A stretch of 64,000 nucleotides of DNA from positions 1,426,001-1,490,000 of the forward strand of contig CM074812.1 of assembly GCA_037447605.1 (NCBI GenBank), written 5' to 3'. Position 1 is the first letter of the stretch; each line of letters starts with the position of its first letter. The DNA is from Zygnema circumcarinatum SAG 698-1b. Lineage: Eukaryota; Plantae; Zygnematophyceae. The position numbers and the translations under genes were made by a program. Below the pieces are notes generated by a model. That model saw nothing but the letters and a program-made list of their open reading frames with translations. It searched no databases and was not told where the DNA came from. This document shows, in pieces, positions 22,699-36,466 of this stretch.

Positions 22699-25600
22699 AT
22701 GAATGGCGAGGACACGTGTCGTACCGCCATGGCGGTTTCAGTCCTCCTGCTCGCGTGCTGCAGCATGGCGGCCATGGCGGCTGCCGAGGCGGGAGGCAGT
22801 CCTCCCTCTGCAGCGGAAAGTTGCGGTAATTTCTCTCTCTCTCTCTCTCTCTTGGCTGCACGCCACGTGTACACCCGTTAGTGGCTCAATGAGGATACTT
22901 AACACGACAATGACTTCTCTATATTTTTACTTTCCCTCCCTACCCTCATTCTCCTCTTATCTTTATCTATCTCTCTCTCTCCTTTCTTTCTCCAAATCTC
23001 CCCTCTCTCCCTCTTATACATTCCTCTCTCTCTCTCACTTTCCTCCACTTCCCACCTCCCCACTCCCCTCGTCTCCGTCGCCCTCTCTATCGCCGTCCTC
23101 TGCCCACTTCTCCCATCATTCCCTCGTCTTCACCTCTCTCCCCCTTTCCTATTCTCCCCTACCCTCCCCACCCTCGTCTTTCCTCCCTTCTATATCCTCT
23201 CCCTCTCCACTCCTCAACTCTCCCTCTCTCTCCCCTCTGCTCCCCTCCCATCCCTTGATCTTCCTCCCACTCCTTCTCTTCCTCCATGCCCCCCTCCCTC
23301 TCCCTTTTCAACCCCAGCTATCAATTGGCGAACTGTTCCCTCAGAGGCCGAATGGCGTGTTCTAGCCTCTTCTCCTCGTCTCCTTTCCTCTCTCTCTAGC
23401 CTCTTCGCTCTTCTCCTCTTCTCCTCTCCTCCTCTCCTCCTCTCCTCCTCTCCTCCTCTCCTCCTCTCTCCTCTGAATCCGTCCTCCGTTGAACGGTGGC
23501 TTGAACTACAGTGAACAGCACCACATGGAACACGCGGCACGTGTCGAACGATCGACCTCCGTTCGGCAGTAACCTTTTATCACAGCGTCAGTTCGTTCCC
23601 TTCGGAAGGCCTCCGCACACTTTTGTACGTTACAGGTGAGTTGCATCCTCTCTCTCTCTCACTCTCTCTCTCCCTTTCTTACTCTCTTTCTCTCTCTCTC
23701 TCTCTCCCTCTCTCTCTCTCCTCTTCTCCCTCTCTCCCTCTATCCCTCATGTTTCTTTCTTTCTTTCTCTCTCTCTCTCTCCGTCTCTCTCTCCTCTTCT
23801 CCCTCTCCCTCTCTATCCCTCATGTTTCTTTCTTTCTTTCTCTCTCTCTCCTCTTCTCCCTCTCCCTCTCTATCCCCCATGCTTCTTTCTTTCTTTCTCT
23901 CTCTCTCCATCTCTCTCTCTCCCTCTCCCTCGCTCTCACTCAACCCATTCTCTTTTCCCTCCCTTTTATCTTTTCTTCATTGGTCCAATCTAAGTTTGGT
24001 GCCAAGCTGAGCCTAAATTTCTTGCCAAGCTGCTTCAAGAAATGAACTAAAGAACGTAGTTTTGGGGCAGAGGTAAAACTATATTTCATTCTCTCCCACA
24101 TTTTTTTCTTTTCAAGCAGCGCGTACCGCTACGATGCCGCCTCCTTTGTGGTCCTCGGCCTCTCGCCGCACTCCGTGTTGAACCTGAACCCTCCCTTCAC
24201 GGAGCGCTGTATGTGGTCTGACTCCGTCCCGCTCGACACTGACTCAAACATGTGAGCCTTGAACCCCCCTCACATTGCATGCATGCATGCTTGCAGGACA
24301 TGCCTGGATCTGCATACATGCCTATTCTAACGTTAATATATACATATATAATTTGACCTTTAAAAAGTGATAACTTCTCACGTCTATGTCAGAACGAACA
24401 TCATCACACGTGCCGTCATGTTGTTGTTGCGTTGAACATTGGTCTATCTCACCTCATGCGGTTTCAACATGAAATTTCGAAGTTTTTTTTGTTAGAATGC
24501 GGTTGTAATGTTGCAATGCAGAGCCTCTAAAAGCGTTGTCTATGGGAGTGCGGTGGTGATGCGCGCGGGGAGTCACATGCGGCGCGAGTACGAGGGCGTC
24601 ACTGTCAAGTGCTCCTTTGAAGGGGCCGCGGGGCAGCCCCGGGACCAGGGTTTCCTCTACCTCCTTTTGAGACCCCCAAATTCAGGTACAACAGGAGGAG
24701 CAACATCAAAAAACCCAAAAACATGTACAACATCTCTATTTAACATGATAGTATAAACGATTTTTCTGAGAATTCCTGCGGTCACAAAACTGACTCCCAC
24801 TCTCTCTCCTCTCTCTCTCTCGTTTGCAGAAGTCGATGACTTCAATGCTACTCGGAAGCAGACGGTCCCCTTTCTTGTATTCCACGAAAAGAAATTTCTT
24901 CCAGAAAAATTTACACCTCCGGCCCCCGGTCATTACCACCCTCCCTTTGCCAAGTTAGAGTACGCCCACTGCGGGTCCCCCCTCTTCGGAGAGGTCGAGG
25001 TGCGGCGGGTCGAGGAGTGGCTCCTCTACCACGCGGCGCTCTACAAGGTGAGCGTGCGGTGGTTCTTCTACGACGCGGGAGGGATGGGCGCCGCCATGGC
25101 TCAAATGCTGGGAAGGTTTCGAAAGGTCGGGCTGCTTTCACTGACGGACATTCGCAAGGGGGAGGTCTACGATGTGTTCTTCCATAACCAAATGCTCGCT
25201 CTCAACGATTGCTTACATCGGAGCAGGTTCCTTGCTAAGTGAGAATGGCTCTACACTCTCTCTCTCTCTCTCTCTCTACCTCTCTCCTTGCTCCTCTCTT
25301 CATCGCTCCCGCCTCCCTGCTCTCTTTCTCACACCCTCCCCCCCCCCCCCCCATCTCAATCGCAACCCATCTGTGCTTCCCCTCATAGGAGCACCGTCAA
25401 TCCTCATGACCCATGTTCAACATGAAACTAGCAAGTTATGGCAGCTTGTTCTCCTCCCCATATTCCCCTTCACAAACATATATCAACCCTCTCTCTCTCT
25501 CTCTCTGTCCCTGTCCCTCTCTCTCTCTCTCTCCCTCTCTCTCCCTCCCTCTCTCCCTCTCTCAGGTGGACCATAAACTTTGACTTTGACGAGTACTTCC

Positions 25601-26154
25601 TCCCCTCCCCCCCCCACTCCCTCCCAACCCTCCTCCAAGCCCACTCCGACAAATACGCTCTAACGCTCGGCTTCGTGTACTACAACGTCCAACACTGTTC
25701 CGTTAAACAGCGCCAAAACGCCGCTCTATGGGCCGTTGAGCATAGACCCTACAGGCAAGAAAAACCTTATTGCAATGTGAACGCTCCAAATTCTGGTGGT
25801 TCTGAAGACATGTGTGAACACGCCCATGGGCGACGGAAGTGGATCGCAAATCCGTACGTTGTGGCTGTAGCGCGGCCCCACGAGATAGAGACACGATGGT
25901 TCCTGTTAAGGGCACAGGGGAAGCACACGGTGAATGGGAGCGAGACCTATTTGGGCCATTTCCGACACATTATAGCAAGGGATGAGAAGGCACAATGTTC
26001 TAGGTTTCATGAAAACATGGAAGAGAGAATAGTTTTGTTGAACAAAGTGTGGTTTCAAGACTTGAGAATACAACAACTTGCGGCGAATTTCAGGGAATTT
26101 TGGTCGAATTCAGACATGTTTGGGTCCAATTCACTCTGTAGAAAGGAGAGTTGA
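22699..26154 (+). CDS. GT92/DUF23 glycosyltransferase, galactan beta-1,4-galactosyltransferase (GALS)-like
   Basis: Exons 22699-22825, 23512-23635, 24120-24251, 24522-24685, 24830-25238 and 25566-26154 are in frame. Motifs: SAYR, YAHCGSPLFG..VEEWLLYH..FFYDAGG, FFHNQMLALNDCLHRSRFLAKWTINFDFDEY, GRRKW. The N-terminus is hydrophobic. Confidence 0.88.
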
Positions 26155-27762
26155 AAACGAGAGAGAGTAGCTGATCGTTTGTTTGCTCATTATTGCTTTC
26201 ATTTTTTATTTTAGGTTTGGGTCTGCCATGCATTTTCTCATGGGCAATGTATTTTTTCCTTCTGGCTGGCAATTCAGGAGTTTAGTAGAACTAGGGTTCC
26301 CATTCTTTACATAGAACATCACCTCTGTTGTACATACAAAATATGTTTTAGCGATTCCAATGCCAATGCCCTCCCTTTTGTCAGTGCACAATACAGATGG
26401 GAATGTAAACGTAAGCGACTTTTTAGGGCGAGGGAGAAAAAGCTGCTCTGCAACTTCAACTCGCTTCCTAAATCCCTCCTTTCCTCCCTCTCTCCCTCCA
26501 TTCCTCGCTCCCTCCCTCTCTCTCTCTCCCTCCATTCCTCTCTCTCCCTCCCTCTCTCTCCCCTTCCCTCTCTCGCTCCCTCCCTCCATTCCTCTCTCCC
26601 TCCCTCTCTCCTTTTCTCGCTCTCTCTCCCCCTCCCTCTATTCCTCTCTCTCCCTCCCTCTCTCTCTCTCCCTCTCTCTCTCTCCCTCCATTCCTATCTC
26701 TCCCTCCGTCTCTCTCTCCTTCCCTCTCTCTCCGTCCCACTCTCCCCACTCTCCCTCCCCTCTCTCCCCTCTGCCGAGTCCGTCCCTCTCCAACCTCTTT
26801 GCGTGTCAAATAGTATCGAACCAGACTGAACACGAGAATATTGCATTTCGCTCATCGAAACTAATACAGTATTTATTAAAAATAGGTTGTAAGCGCATCG
26901 TTCGACGTACTGTTTTCGAAAAACTTCCCAAAGCGCAAATGCAAAAAGTGGACTGCCCAACGCCCGAAGTGACCGTTGAATCGTCCCAAAAGGGGGACGA
27001 TGGTGGAAACGTAGAACCGATAAATCGCATGTGAAATTAGTAATTCGTGTTTACGATTGCGATGCACCTAATTCAATTGAGGCCTTCTCCCTTTGCAAAA
27101 GCAATTTTCACTCCGTCTCCCTCCCACCTCTCTCTCTCGCTCTCCACAACCTCTTTGTCCTCTCCCCTTCCTGCCCCCTCTGTCGCTCCCTCCCTCTCCC
27201 TCTCTCGCTCCCCTCCCCTCGCCCTCTCTCTCTCTCTCTCCCTTCCTCCTTCTCTCTCGCTCCCCATCTCTCTCTCGCTCCCCTCCCCTCGCCCTCTCTC
27301 TCTGTGCTTAAGTTATCTGAGAGCCGCTCTTCAATTCTCTGTTCTGTACCTCTATCTCCTCTTTCTGAGCCCCTCTTGTCCTCAATTCGCGGTCCCTTAT
27401 CTTTCTGCCTCTCTTTTTTTTGGGCTAATTTTGTACTCCTTCATGAACCGCGGACCCCAAAAACTCTTTAATACCAGCCTCCGTACTTTGGTGATTCGGC
27501 AATTAAACCAAAACATTCTCGGTACCCAAAAATGCGCAGGGCCCCAATTCTCAAATTTTTGCAGCAAAGTCGGAGAACCCATCTCCAATTCGTCTCCTTC
27601 TGTTCAATTTTCGGGTCGGAACGACGTAAATTATAGTAAGGGTAATTTGCAGAGTCGTTTGAGGTTTGAGGTCCTGCATGTTGTTGGCTTGCCTGCTATT
27701 TGTTCAAAGATTTCATCTTGTTTTTAGGTTTTGAAGGCGCTTTGTAGTTTCTTGCGAAGCAG

Positions 27763-28695
27763 AAGAAGGCAAGGCGATCCATGTGACGGAAAATGGGAAC
27801 TTACGGCGATTTGCAGTTCTTCAAACTGGACATGCAACGTCAGACTCCTGCTCTCCCTCCCTCTGTCTCTCCCTCCCCCCTCTCTCTCTCCCTCCCCCCC
27901 TCTCTCTCTTTCTCTCGCTCGCCCTCCCTCTTTCTCTCTTCCGCGCCACCTCTCTCGCCCCCCTTCCTTCCCCCTCCCTCCCTCTCTCTCTCTCACTCCA
28001 CCCATTCTTTATCTCTGCCTTTTCGTATTCCTTCCCTCTCTCTCTCTTTCCTCGTTCCGGAGCTTCGAGATTTATTAAGCATGCATTTTCCTATTTGCGA
28101 TTTTAGTTTTCTTATTCTTTCTCCCCCCTTGCCTTTTTAACTATCTTCTTGTTGTTTGACGGCAGCCCATATGCCGAAAAAAAGTACGGTGGATACGGGT
28201 GCATGTTTGTAAATTTTCTAAAAGATTCCAATGAAGAATGGAAAATTTTCTCGGTCATTGACGGTGAATTTCCGACCAATGAAGATCTTGACAAGGTTCG
28301 TCCAGCATGCCCCCCCACTGAGAAAAAGGGAGAGAGAGAGAGGGAGAGAGGGAGGGAGGGAGAGAGATCGGGAGAGGGAAAGAGAGCCAGAGAGAGAGGA
28401 GGAGGAGGGGAGAGAGCAGAGAGGAAAAACATTCGAGAGGTAATCGCATAGCCATTCAACATAAGTAAAGTAGCGTTCTTCGAATTATCATATATTGGCG
28501 TTCAAATGGTAATCTTGAAAACATAAATCCCAAAATCTTACACCTTATACCCTGGTTCTATATTCTGTATAACCCTATTGTTGTAACCCTAAACCTTAAT
28601 CATGGACCCTGAACCCTAATCTTGTACCTTAGACCCTTATTTCTGAACCCTAATCTTGTGCTGCTTACAGTACGAAGGATGGGTCATTACCGGAA
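27763..28695 (+). CDS. Class I glutamine amidotransferase-like / gamma-glutamyl peptidase (GGP-like), partial, cut by the 100-N gap
   Basis: Exons ~27763-27838, 28166-28295 and 28671-gap give RRFAVLQTGHATPYAEKKYGGYGCMFVNFLKDSNEEWKIFSVIDGEFPTNEDLDKYEGWVITG. A possible first exon from ATG 26939 is uncertain. Confidence 0.82.
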
Positions 28696-28795
28696 NNNNN
28701 NNNNNNNNNNNNNNNNNNNNNNNNNNNNNNNNNNNNNNNNNNNNNNNNNNNNNNNNNNNNNNNNNNNNNNNNNNNNNNNNNNNNNNNNNNNNNNN
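28696..28795. other. 100-N scaffold gap removing the 3' ends of two convergent genes
   Basis: N run; the GGP-like gene (+) and the formin (-) both end unfinished at it. Confidence 0.95.
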
Positions 28796-28858
28796 AACCG
28801 AAAATCAACGCCCAAAAAAGTCAACCGAAAGTCAACGCAAAACTGTCAGTCAGTGCAC

Positions 28859-31158
28859 CTGGTAAGCCATGATGGCCATGCGGTCCTCCTCGGTGGGAGG
28901 GGGGAGGTCGAGTCCCTCTCTCTCTGCGTTCTCCCTCCTCTCCTTCTCTCTCTCACACGCCCTCAGCTCGTCCTTGAGCTGCTTTTGCCCTCTCTCCAGC
29001 TCTCGCACTGATGCTACCAACCCATCCCTGTCCAACTGCATCCCCCCCTCACATGCAGTCAGTCCCCTTATGTTAACACCCATTACGTCATCATTTCCCA
29101 AAGCTTAAACACCATCCCAGAAGGAGAGAGAGAGAGCCTCTCTTCGTCACACCCTCTCCCTCCCCCAATCCCAAATTACACAAGCAGCAGACAAAGTCCT
29201 TAGCCCCTTCTCGTCCCGTCCCCAACAGCGTTCGGCTGATGTCAGCAAAAGGGCATGGCATGATCATGACATCAGAAAGGCAACACACAGCCTCATCACC
29301 CCACTGATGACATCAGCAAGATCGAAACCTCCCATACTGATGACATCAGCAAGATAACATACAGCCCCATCACCCCACCGATGACATCAGCAAGACCGAC
29401 CCCTCGCACATTGATGACGTCAACAAGACCGACACCTTCGCATGTTGATGACGTCAGCAAGCCACGCATCTCGCATATCGATGACGTCAACACGACCAAA
29501 ACAACAACCATTGATGACGTCAGCACGACCGGCACCCGCCCACTGATGACGCCAGCAACACCGACACCTTCCACATTGATGACGCGAGCACGCACCTTGA
29601 TGACGTCATGCAGGGAGCGGCCCTGCGGGCCGTCCTCCTGGAAGTCCTCGTGGAAGGCGAGGAGCGCGGGCTGCTGCTGCGCGAGGACCGCCGCGAGGTA
29701 CGGGAGGAACCCCTTCGTCCACCCAACGGTCGCGAGGTCGCCGGGGTGGAACCCTGCGGCCTTACCTGGGGGGGGGTAGGGGGGGGAGGGAGGGGGGGTA
29801 GGGTTGGAGGGTGTAGGGTTTGAGGGAGCTGAGGGTTGTAGGGTGTAGGGTTTGAAGGGGTTTAGGGTTTTGGGGTTTGGGGGTTTGATGGTTTTAGGGT
29901 TTGAGGGTTTTGAGGTTTGAGGGTTTTAGGGTTTTAGAGAACCTTCTGTTTTCAAAGGTTCAGAGCAAATGGGGTTTTCAAGTTTTTTTTTTTTATATCA
30001 AACTGTGCGAGGTAGTTTGGGAGCAGGTGAGACATTTTTAACACTTCTTCCCTTTATTTTTTTTAAATATTATTTTTTTCCTTAGTATTGTGCTTAAAGC
30101 AGCGGTGCGCGCACACCTCTAGCCGTGCCTTGGTTGAGTTTGTTGCCGATGGCGAGAACCACGAGGAGGACTTCGGGCAGGCGGGCGGACCCGCGGACCT
30201 GCCCCCGCCAAAGGGTGGAGAAGAAGAAGAGAGAGGGAGAAAGCAGTTTATTGATAAGTAATTTATTTTAAGTTAAGACAAGGAAAGAGAGGCAAAAAGA
30301 GATGTCTTTGTGGTGGTTTGAGTTTCTCCTTTGAGAAAGGTTGTTTTTATTTTCATTTTTTCCCTTTATTTGGGGCAGGAAAGGTCGAAAATGTGAGACC
30401 TTTGTAGCCACGCTGGTAACCAGCCCCATTTTGTCCTCCAAAATTGGGCCCTGCAGGACCCATCACAAAACTCAGCACAAACATTAGCACTTAAAAACCA
30501 TCATTTCAAAATGAACTGAAGGGTTTTGTCAAAGAAATTAGCCCCTTAACCTTCAAGCCCCAAAAAGTGAAGTTTAATACATCCCTCAAAAAAAGCCCAC
30601 AGCGACCCCCCCTCTACCCACACACATACACAGAGAGAGAGGAGAGAGCGAGAGAGGGAGGGGAGAGAGAGAAACAGAGAGAGAGAGAGAGCGAGAGTAC
30701 CCATTCATGCAGAGTGACTCGCAGCTTCAAGAGCTGCAGTTTCTGCTCAAGTCGGGGCATCGGCAGCAGCGCATGGAACAGCTGCCAAAGGCCACCACAA
30801 AGCAGGTCAGATGCTGCGTCTCTCTCTCTCTCTCTCCTCCCCGCTCTCTCCCCCTCGTTCCCCTCTCTCCCTCTCACTCCGCTCCCTCTCCAACTCTCCT
30901 TCTCTCCCTTTCCCGCCCGCTCCCCGTCCCCTTCCACATATCCCGCTCACTCTCCCTTTCCCACTCTCTCTCCCTCTCTGCCTCTCTCTCGCTCTCCCCC
31001 CCGCTCCCCCTCTCACCCTCCCCTCAACCTCCTCCCTTTCTCTTCCTCGCTCCTCTCTACCCCTCGCCCTCGCTTTCCCCCCTTTTCTCTCTCTCTGTCT
31101 CTTCCTCTGCCCCCCTCTCTCTCCCTCCCTCCCTCTCCCCGGCATTCTCTCCCTCCCG

Positions 31159-31189
<31 letters not shown>

Positions 31190-34100
31190 ACCTCCCGGCA
31201 GGCTTAACCACCTGCTCGCAGCGCCCGAGGTCGTCTACGTTCCCTTTGAAAGCCTGACCAGCCAGCCGTTCCATGCTCCAAAAATCCGTAAATGTGCGCT
31301 TTTGCAACGGAACGGAACACGCTCAGCCCATGGAACTCCAACACTCCCCCACTTCCCCTACAAACCCTAAAACTTGGAAACTCTGGAAACTCTACAAGGC
31401 AGACTTTGACCCCCACGTCTCTCAATACCCTAAAATACCCTTAGATAAACTTAATTATCCAGAGTACCCTGAATAACCTAAATATATCCAAATACCCTAA
31501 TATACAAAGGAAAAAAAAACTGACCTTGAGCTTTGCTTTCTCATCTTTGCTGGGCTTATTTTTCTCCAAAACGTCAGCCAAACCCTCCACAGCATCTCCT
31601 AAAGCCTTTGTGTCGACTCTTACTATGGAGCTCTGCAAAAAAAACGAAAAAAAGAAAAGAAAAAAAAGTTAATTAAAAAAGATGGCAAACTGAGATAACG
31701 AGATTTTGAACTCGTACATGGATCTCATATTCATTCATGCAAAAAAAAAAAGAGGGTAAAATTGTTATATAAGGAAAAATATACTTACAACAAATTCAGA
31801 GGGAGTCAGCTTGACCCGCGATATTGTGAGTTCGACATTATGTGTCTTTTTTGTATCCATCTGCTCACAAAACGACAAGATAGTACTTCATACTGAGCAA
31901 CAAACAACAGCTTTTCATGCATACAAATGAGGGTATATGCTTTCAGTTGAACGGATTCAGTTAGGACTATCCCATAGAACGGCGAAGTTACACAGGAGAA
32001 CATACCAAACGGATGACCTCCTTCTTCTTGATATTTTCCGCTTTTTTGGGAATTATCCGAGGGACTGCTTTGAAATTACTTTCAACATGGGTGTCTTCAA
32101 TTTTTCTGCAGCCAACTTACAAGCCCAAAACCAGCTATAAATCGTTTGAAAAATACCCCAGCGGGTAGGAGGGAAAAGTTATTTACTGAAAACGCAGCAA
32201 GTAACTGCAGAATTTTCACATAGAACGCACTCACATTTTTGTTGTAGATTTTGCAAAGAGGCTGTCCTTGTCCACCTCTCGAACAGGGGTCCACTGCACA
32301 CTCACTCCCACAGAGAGCCGCTTCTCCATGGCCTCTCCCGCTCCACTCCCTCTCCCCGGGAGGGAGGGAGGTCGGACACCCCCCATAGGGGGAGGAGGGA
32401 GTGGAGGGCCTCTCCCAATAGGGGGAGGAGGGGGAGGGCCTCTCCCAATAGGGGGGGGAGGGGGAGGTTGCCTTGGAGGAGGAGGGAAAGGAGATGGAAC
32501 ACTGCCAGGAGGGAGAGGAGGAGGGGGAGGGAGTGGGGCACCTCCTGCGGAGGGAGGACGAGGAGGAGGGGGAGGGGGGGGTGCTTTACCTCCTGCAGGA
32601 GGAGGGGGAGGGGGAGGAGGAGAGTGCATTCCTGCAGTGGGAGGAGGAGGGGGAGGGGGAGGAGGAGGAAGATGGGGAGGAGGGGAGTATATTCCTGCAG
32701 AGGGAGGAGGAGGGGGAGGGGGAGGAGGAGGATGGGAAAGAGGGGAGTGTATTCCTGCAGAGGGAGGAGGAGGGGGAGGGGGAGGAGGAGGAGGATGGGG
32801 AGGATATATTCCTGCAGATGGGGGAAGAGGAGGAGGAGGAGGAGGAGGTATTTGACCTACTGGAGGATGGGGAGAGGGAGGAGGAGGAGGGAGGGGAGGG
32901 TTTATTCCTGCAGTGGGAGGGGGTGATGGAAGAGGAGGTTGTTGAGGTTGTTCTGAAGTAGGTAGTGGGAGAGTAGGTCCGTGTGGAAGAGGTGGGAGAG
33001 GTGCGGGAGGTGGATGAAGTTCAGAAGAAAGCAGAGAGGGAGGGACTGTGGAGAAATCCACAGGAGAGTTCAGAGAGAGAGAAGAAGAGGATCTGAGGGC
33101 AGGTGGAGGAGGTAAGGGTGGTAGTGAGGAGGAATGGGAGTGGATGGGAGAGGCAGGGAGAGAGAAAGACGAACTACGAGGTCCACTTGCTTTTGCAGAG
33201 CGGGGAGTGGCAGGAAGGGGATAGGAGTCCGATGATTCGGTCGAGGAAAGAGAGAGAGAGTGCGAGGGTTTATCCTTCACACGTGTCAAAATTTGAGGAA
33301 GATTACTAGCAAACTGCTTAACTTCTGCCTGGTCTATCTGCGGGTAAGGATTGGAAACTTCTGCAGCTTGCAATGAACGAGAGGGTTCTAGGGTCTGCAT
33401 TTGGACACGTGTATGACCAGATTCAAACGTATAATTAGCGAATAAGCTTCTGCAAAGAGCCTCCAAATGCACGGAAGCATCCTCCCATGAAGGTTTATCC
33501 GAACGGCCCAAATTTTGTGGGAGTCTATCGAACCATGGCTTCATTCTCGCTTTTAAGCTCTCCTCCAAATCTTGCATAGAAAAACTTCCACCCCACTTCT
33601 CTCTCGCTCTCCCTCCCCATTCCTCTCTCTCCTCTCCTTTCCCCACCTCTCTCTCTCTCTCCGTCCCCTCCAGGTTCATCGATGAATTTCTTGAAAATAC
33701 ATTCGACCAAGCGGAAACAGAAAAAGCATCCGGCGTAACAACATCGTCAAAAATGCGATAATTTCCGGAAACTCTTTGAGATGTGCGAGGAGACGAAGGT
33801 GTTCCGGGAGGTGAGAGTGTTGGTAGAGAAGCTCTCCTCCTCTCTTCCTCCTCACCCATATGTGAACTAAAAAGAAAGTTTCCCTCAACCTTGGGAGTGA
33901 GAGACTCAAGCAGAGTATTCGAATCCTCCATTAAAATATCCTCTGAATTTTCTCCTCTAAGAGCCCCATCTCTCTGTACCGGAATCTCAGAAATTCCCCA
34001 AGGAGTAGGAGCTACCGACTCGTAATCCACTACGCCGGCTTCCAACTCCTCTCTCTCTCCCTCCCTCTCCCTCTCTCCTTCCCTCTCCCTCTCGAGTGTT

Positions 34101-35416
34101 TCCTCGCCATCTACCGCTCCCAACGGTCGATCTTCCCCCTCAACGTTCCCTTCATGCACATTATTCAACATATTCCTTAAAGTAATTTCCATAACTTTCA
34201 CCCAATTCGACGAAACCGGCTCCTTGATTTGCATCTTATCTTTCACAAGATTCCATCTTTTTGAACCCTGCTTTGAGAAACCCTCCGCTGAACCTTGACT
34301 TTCCTCCCCTCCCATCATCTCTACCCCTTCCTCTACCGCTGCTGCACTGCTATCCCTCTCTCCCCCTCTCTCACTCATGCCATATCCTAAACGAGAAACC
34401 TCCTCTCCTTTACTCTCAGCTTTCCTCTTCGCTCTCAGCCATTTTGGAGGTTTAGTTGGTTGAAGCCCTTCTAACAAAAAACTTCCCACAATACTGTCTG
34501 AAGAAAGCCCCTCCAAAAGGTGCTCACCCACCATCTTATCTGCCTTTCTCGAACTTTCCTCCACTAAGTTTCGCATATTGTTTGGCCTGTTGCTCCCCAC
34601 ATCACTCCCTGAGGTAATATCGAGATATTCGAATTCAGTAAATTGGGCCGAAAGTTTCCTCTTTGAATTTTCCGATCTTCTCTTTCTTGAACGGCCCCTT
34701 TTCTGCGAATCTCTCGCAGATTTACCCAGATTTCCGCCCAAAGAAAGGTCAAAGGCATCTGCAGGGCCGAGAATATCGGCGATATTCTGCACAGATTGTA
34801 CGGATGATGTGATGGATTCCTCTCCCGAGGAATCATCCTGAACAGAGGAGGCTCCTCCCCCTCCTCCTCTCTCTCCTCCTCTCTCTCCTCCTCTCTCACT
34901 TCCTATCTCCGAATTGCTCTCCTCCTCCTGCCTCTCTGAACCCTCTCTCTCAGAGAGAGAATGTACTTTCCGGGCTCGAGTGAAGGAGGGTTTAGAGGAA
35001 GGGGGGGGTTGTCTCCCACTCTTAGAGAGAGGCTTAGGCTTGGGGGGGTCATCCTCTCTAAATTGCTTCGAGCCGGTCGTGAAGTCGATTAATCTCAGCA
35101 ACATCTGGAAGAGATAATTTGTTTAATCAGAATGTGAAAAAAAGGAGAGAGAGAGGTGTTTGATTTTCATGCCAAGGTTGAAGTGTACATGTATATGCAT
35201 ATTTGCTGCCTTTTTTAGAGACCTTAGGTGGGGATGTATTGAGAGATGGGGGAGAGAGCGCGAGAGAGAGTGAATGAAAGAGGGAGAGAGAGAGCGGGGG
35301 GGGTAGAGGCATCTCGCAAGTTCACAAGGCAAGTGAGGGAGGGAGAAAGGACGCACAAATGGGGGAAAGAGTGTACATTCAAGAAAGAGATAAAGAGAGA
35401 AAGAGAGAGAGAGAGC

Positions 35417-35459
<43 letters not shown>

Positions 35460-35508
35460 TGTGGGAGAGCGAGAGAAAGAGAGAGGGGGAGAGAGAGAAA
35501 GAGAGAGG

Positions 35509-35541
<33 letters not shown>

Positions 35542-35573
35542 CGCGAGAGAGAGAGAGGGAGAGAGAGAGAGAG

Positions 35574-35656
<83 letters not shown>

Positions 35657-36420
35657 CGGTTTACTGCTTGCTGGCTCCTCGTACTCCTCCCGAGGACTCC
35701 TCACAGGGAGGGAGCCCGACTCTGAATAACCTCTTCCCTTTGATCCGAGTCTCGGAACACGGTGAGGGGTTAAAACATATGCAGGATTCAATGTAGGGTC
35801 TCTGTTGTTTTCTCCTGAAGTTTCACCTGAAGGTGAAAATATGTCACGCTGAAAGAAGCCGCCTTTGGGGCTTAAAGGTCGGATCGAGCGAGGAGACTTT
35901 GGAGCTCTTTTTGGACTCAGTCCCCCCCCAAATCTGCGGGAGGGAGAGGGGAAGGAGGGGAGTTTGATGAGAGGCGAGTTGAAAGAGGAGTCGGGAGAGC
36001 GAGAGGGGAGAAAGGGAGAATCGATAGTAGGAGATTTGTTAAAAGAAGGGGAGCTATTGAAGGTGGGAGAAGTAAGGTTATCTACAATACTCTGCTTGGG
36101 AGAGGGAGGGAAATCGACTAAATTGGTGGGAGGGAAAATTTTCAGAAAGTATGGTCGCTTCCATCGCGAAGATTTTGGGGTAGAAAGTCCGTCTGAAAAT
36201 TCTTTGGAAGAACGCGAGGGAGAGGGGGAGCGAGAGGGAGAGGGGAGCTTGTGAAGGTCATCGGAGGAGTGATAGGAGTGATGAAGAGAAGGAGGACGGC
36301 TTCTCTCATCCTCTCTCTCTCCCGCTCCTACAGGAGATGATGACACGGGGCGGTGCTGAGGAGATGACAGGTGGCGGAAGGACTGCGCCCGACGGGGCCT
36401 TGAGGGGTCCAGATTGCCGA
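28859..36420 (-). CDS. Formin (FH1 plus class II-like FH2) with a long low-complexity N-terminus; 3' end lost in the gap, 5' end uncertain
   Basis: Exons ~36420-35657, 35104-32235 (poly-Pro FH1, QWTPV), 32105-32006, 31860-31789 (MDTKKTHNVELTISRVK), 31632-31525, 31253-31212 (LGRCEQ), 30781-30701 (PRLEQKL), 30450-30400, 30198-30117 (LAIGNKLNQGTARG), 29765-29596 (KAAGF) and 29035-28859 are phase-consistent. A possible first exon lies near 37690-37618. Confidence 0.88.
29235..29610. repeat. Degenerate ~31-bp minisatellite with GATGACRTCA core in a formin intron
   Basis: About 10-12 copies of (T)GATGAC(G/A)TCA separated by diverged ~20-nt spacers. Confidence 0.8.
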
Positions 36421-36466
36421 CTTTAGGTTACCTGCCGAGTGATCCAACCCAAACCTGAACCTGAAT

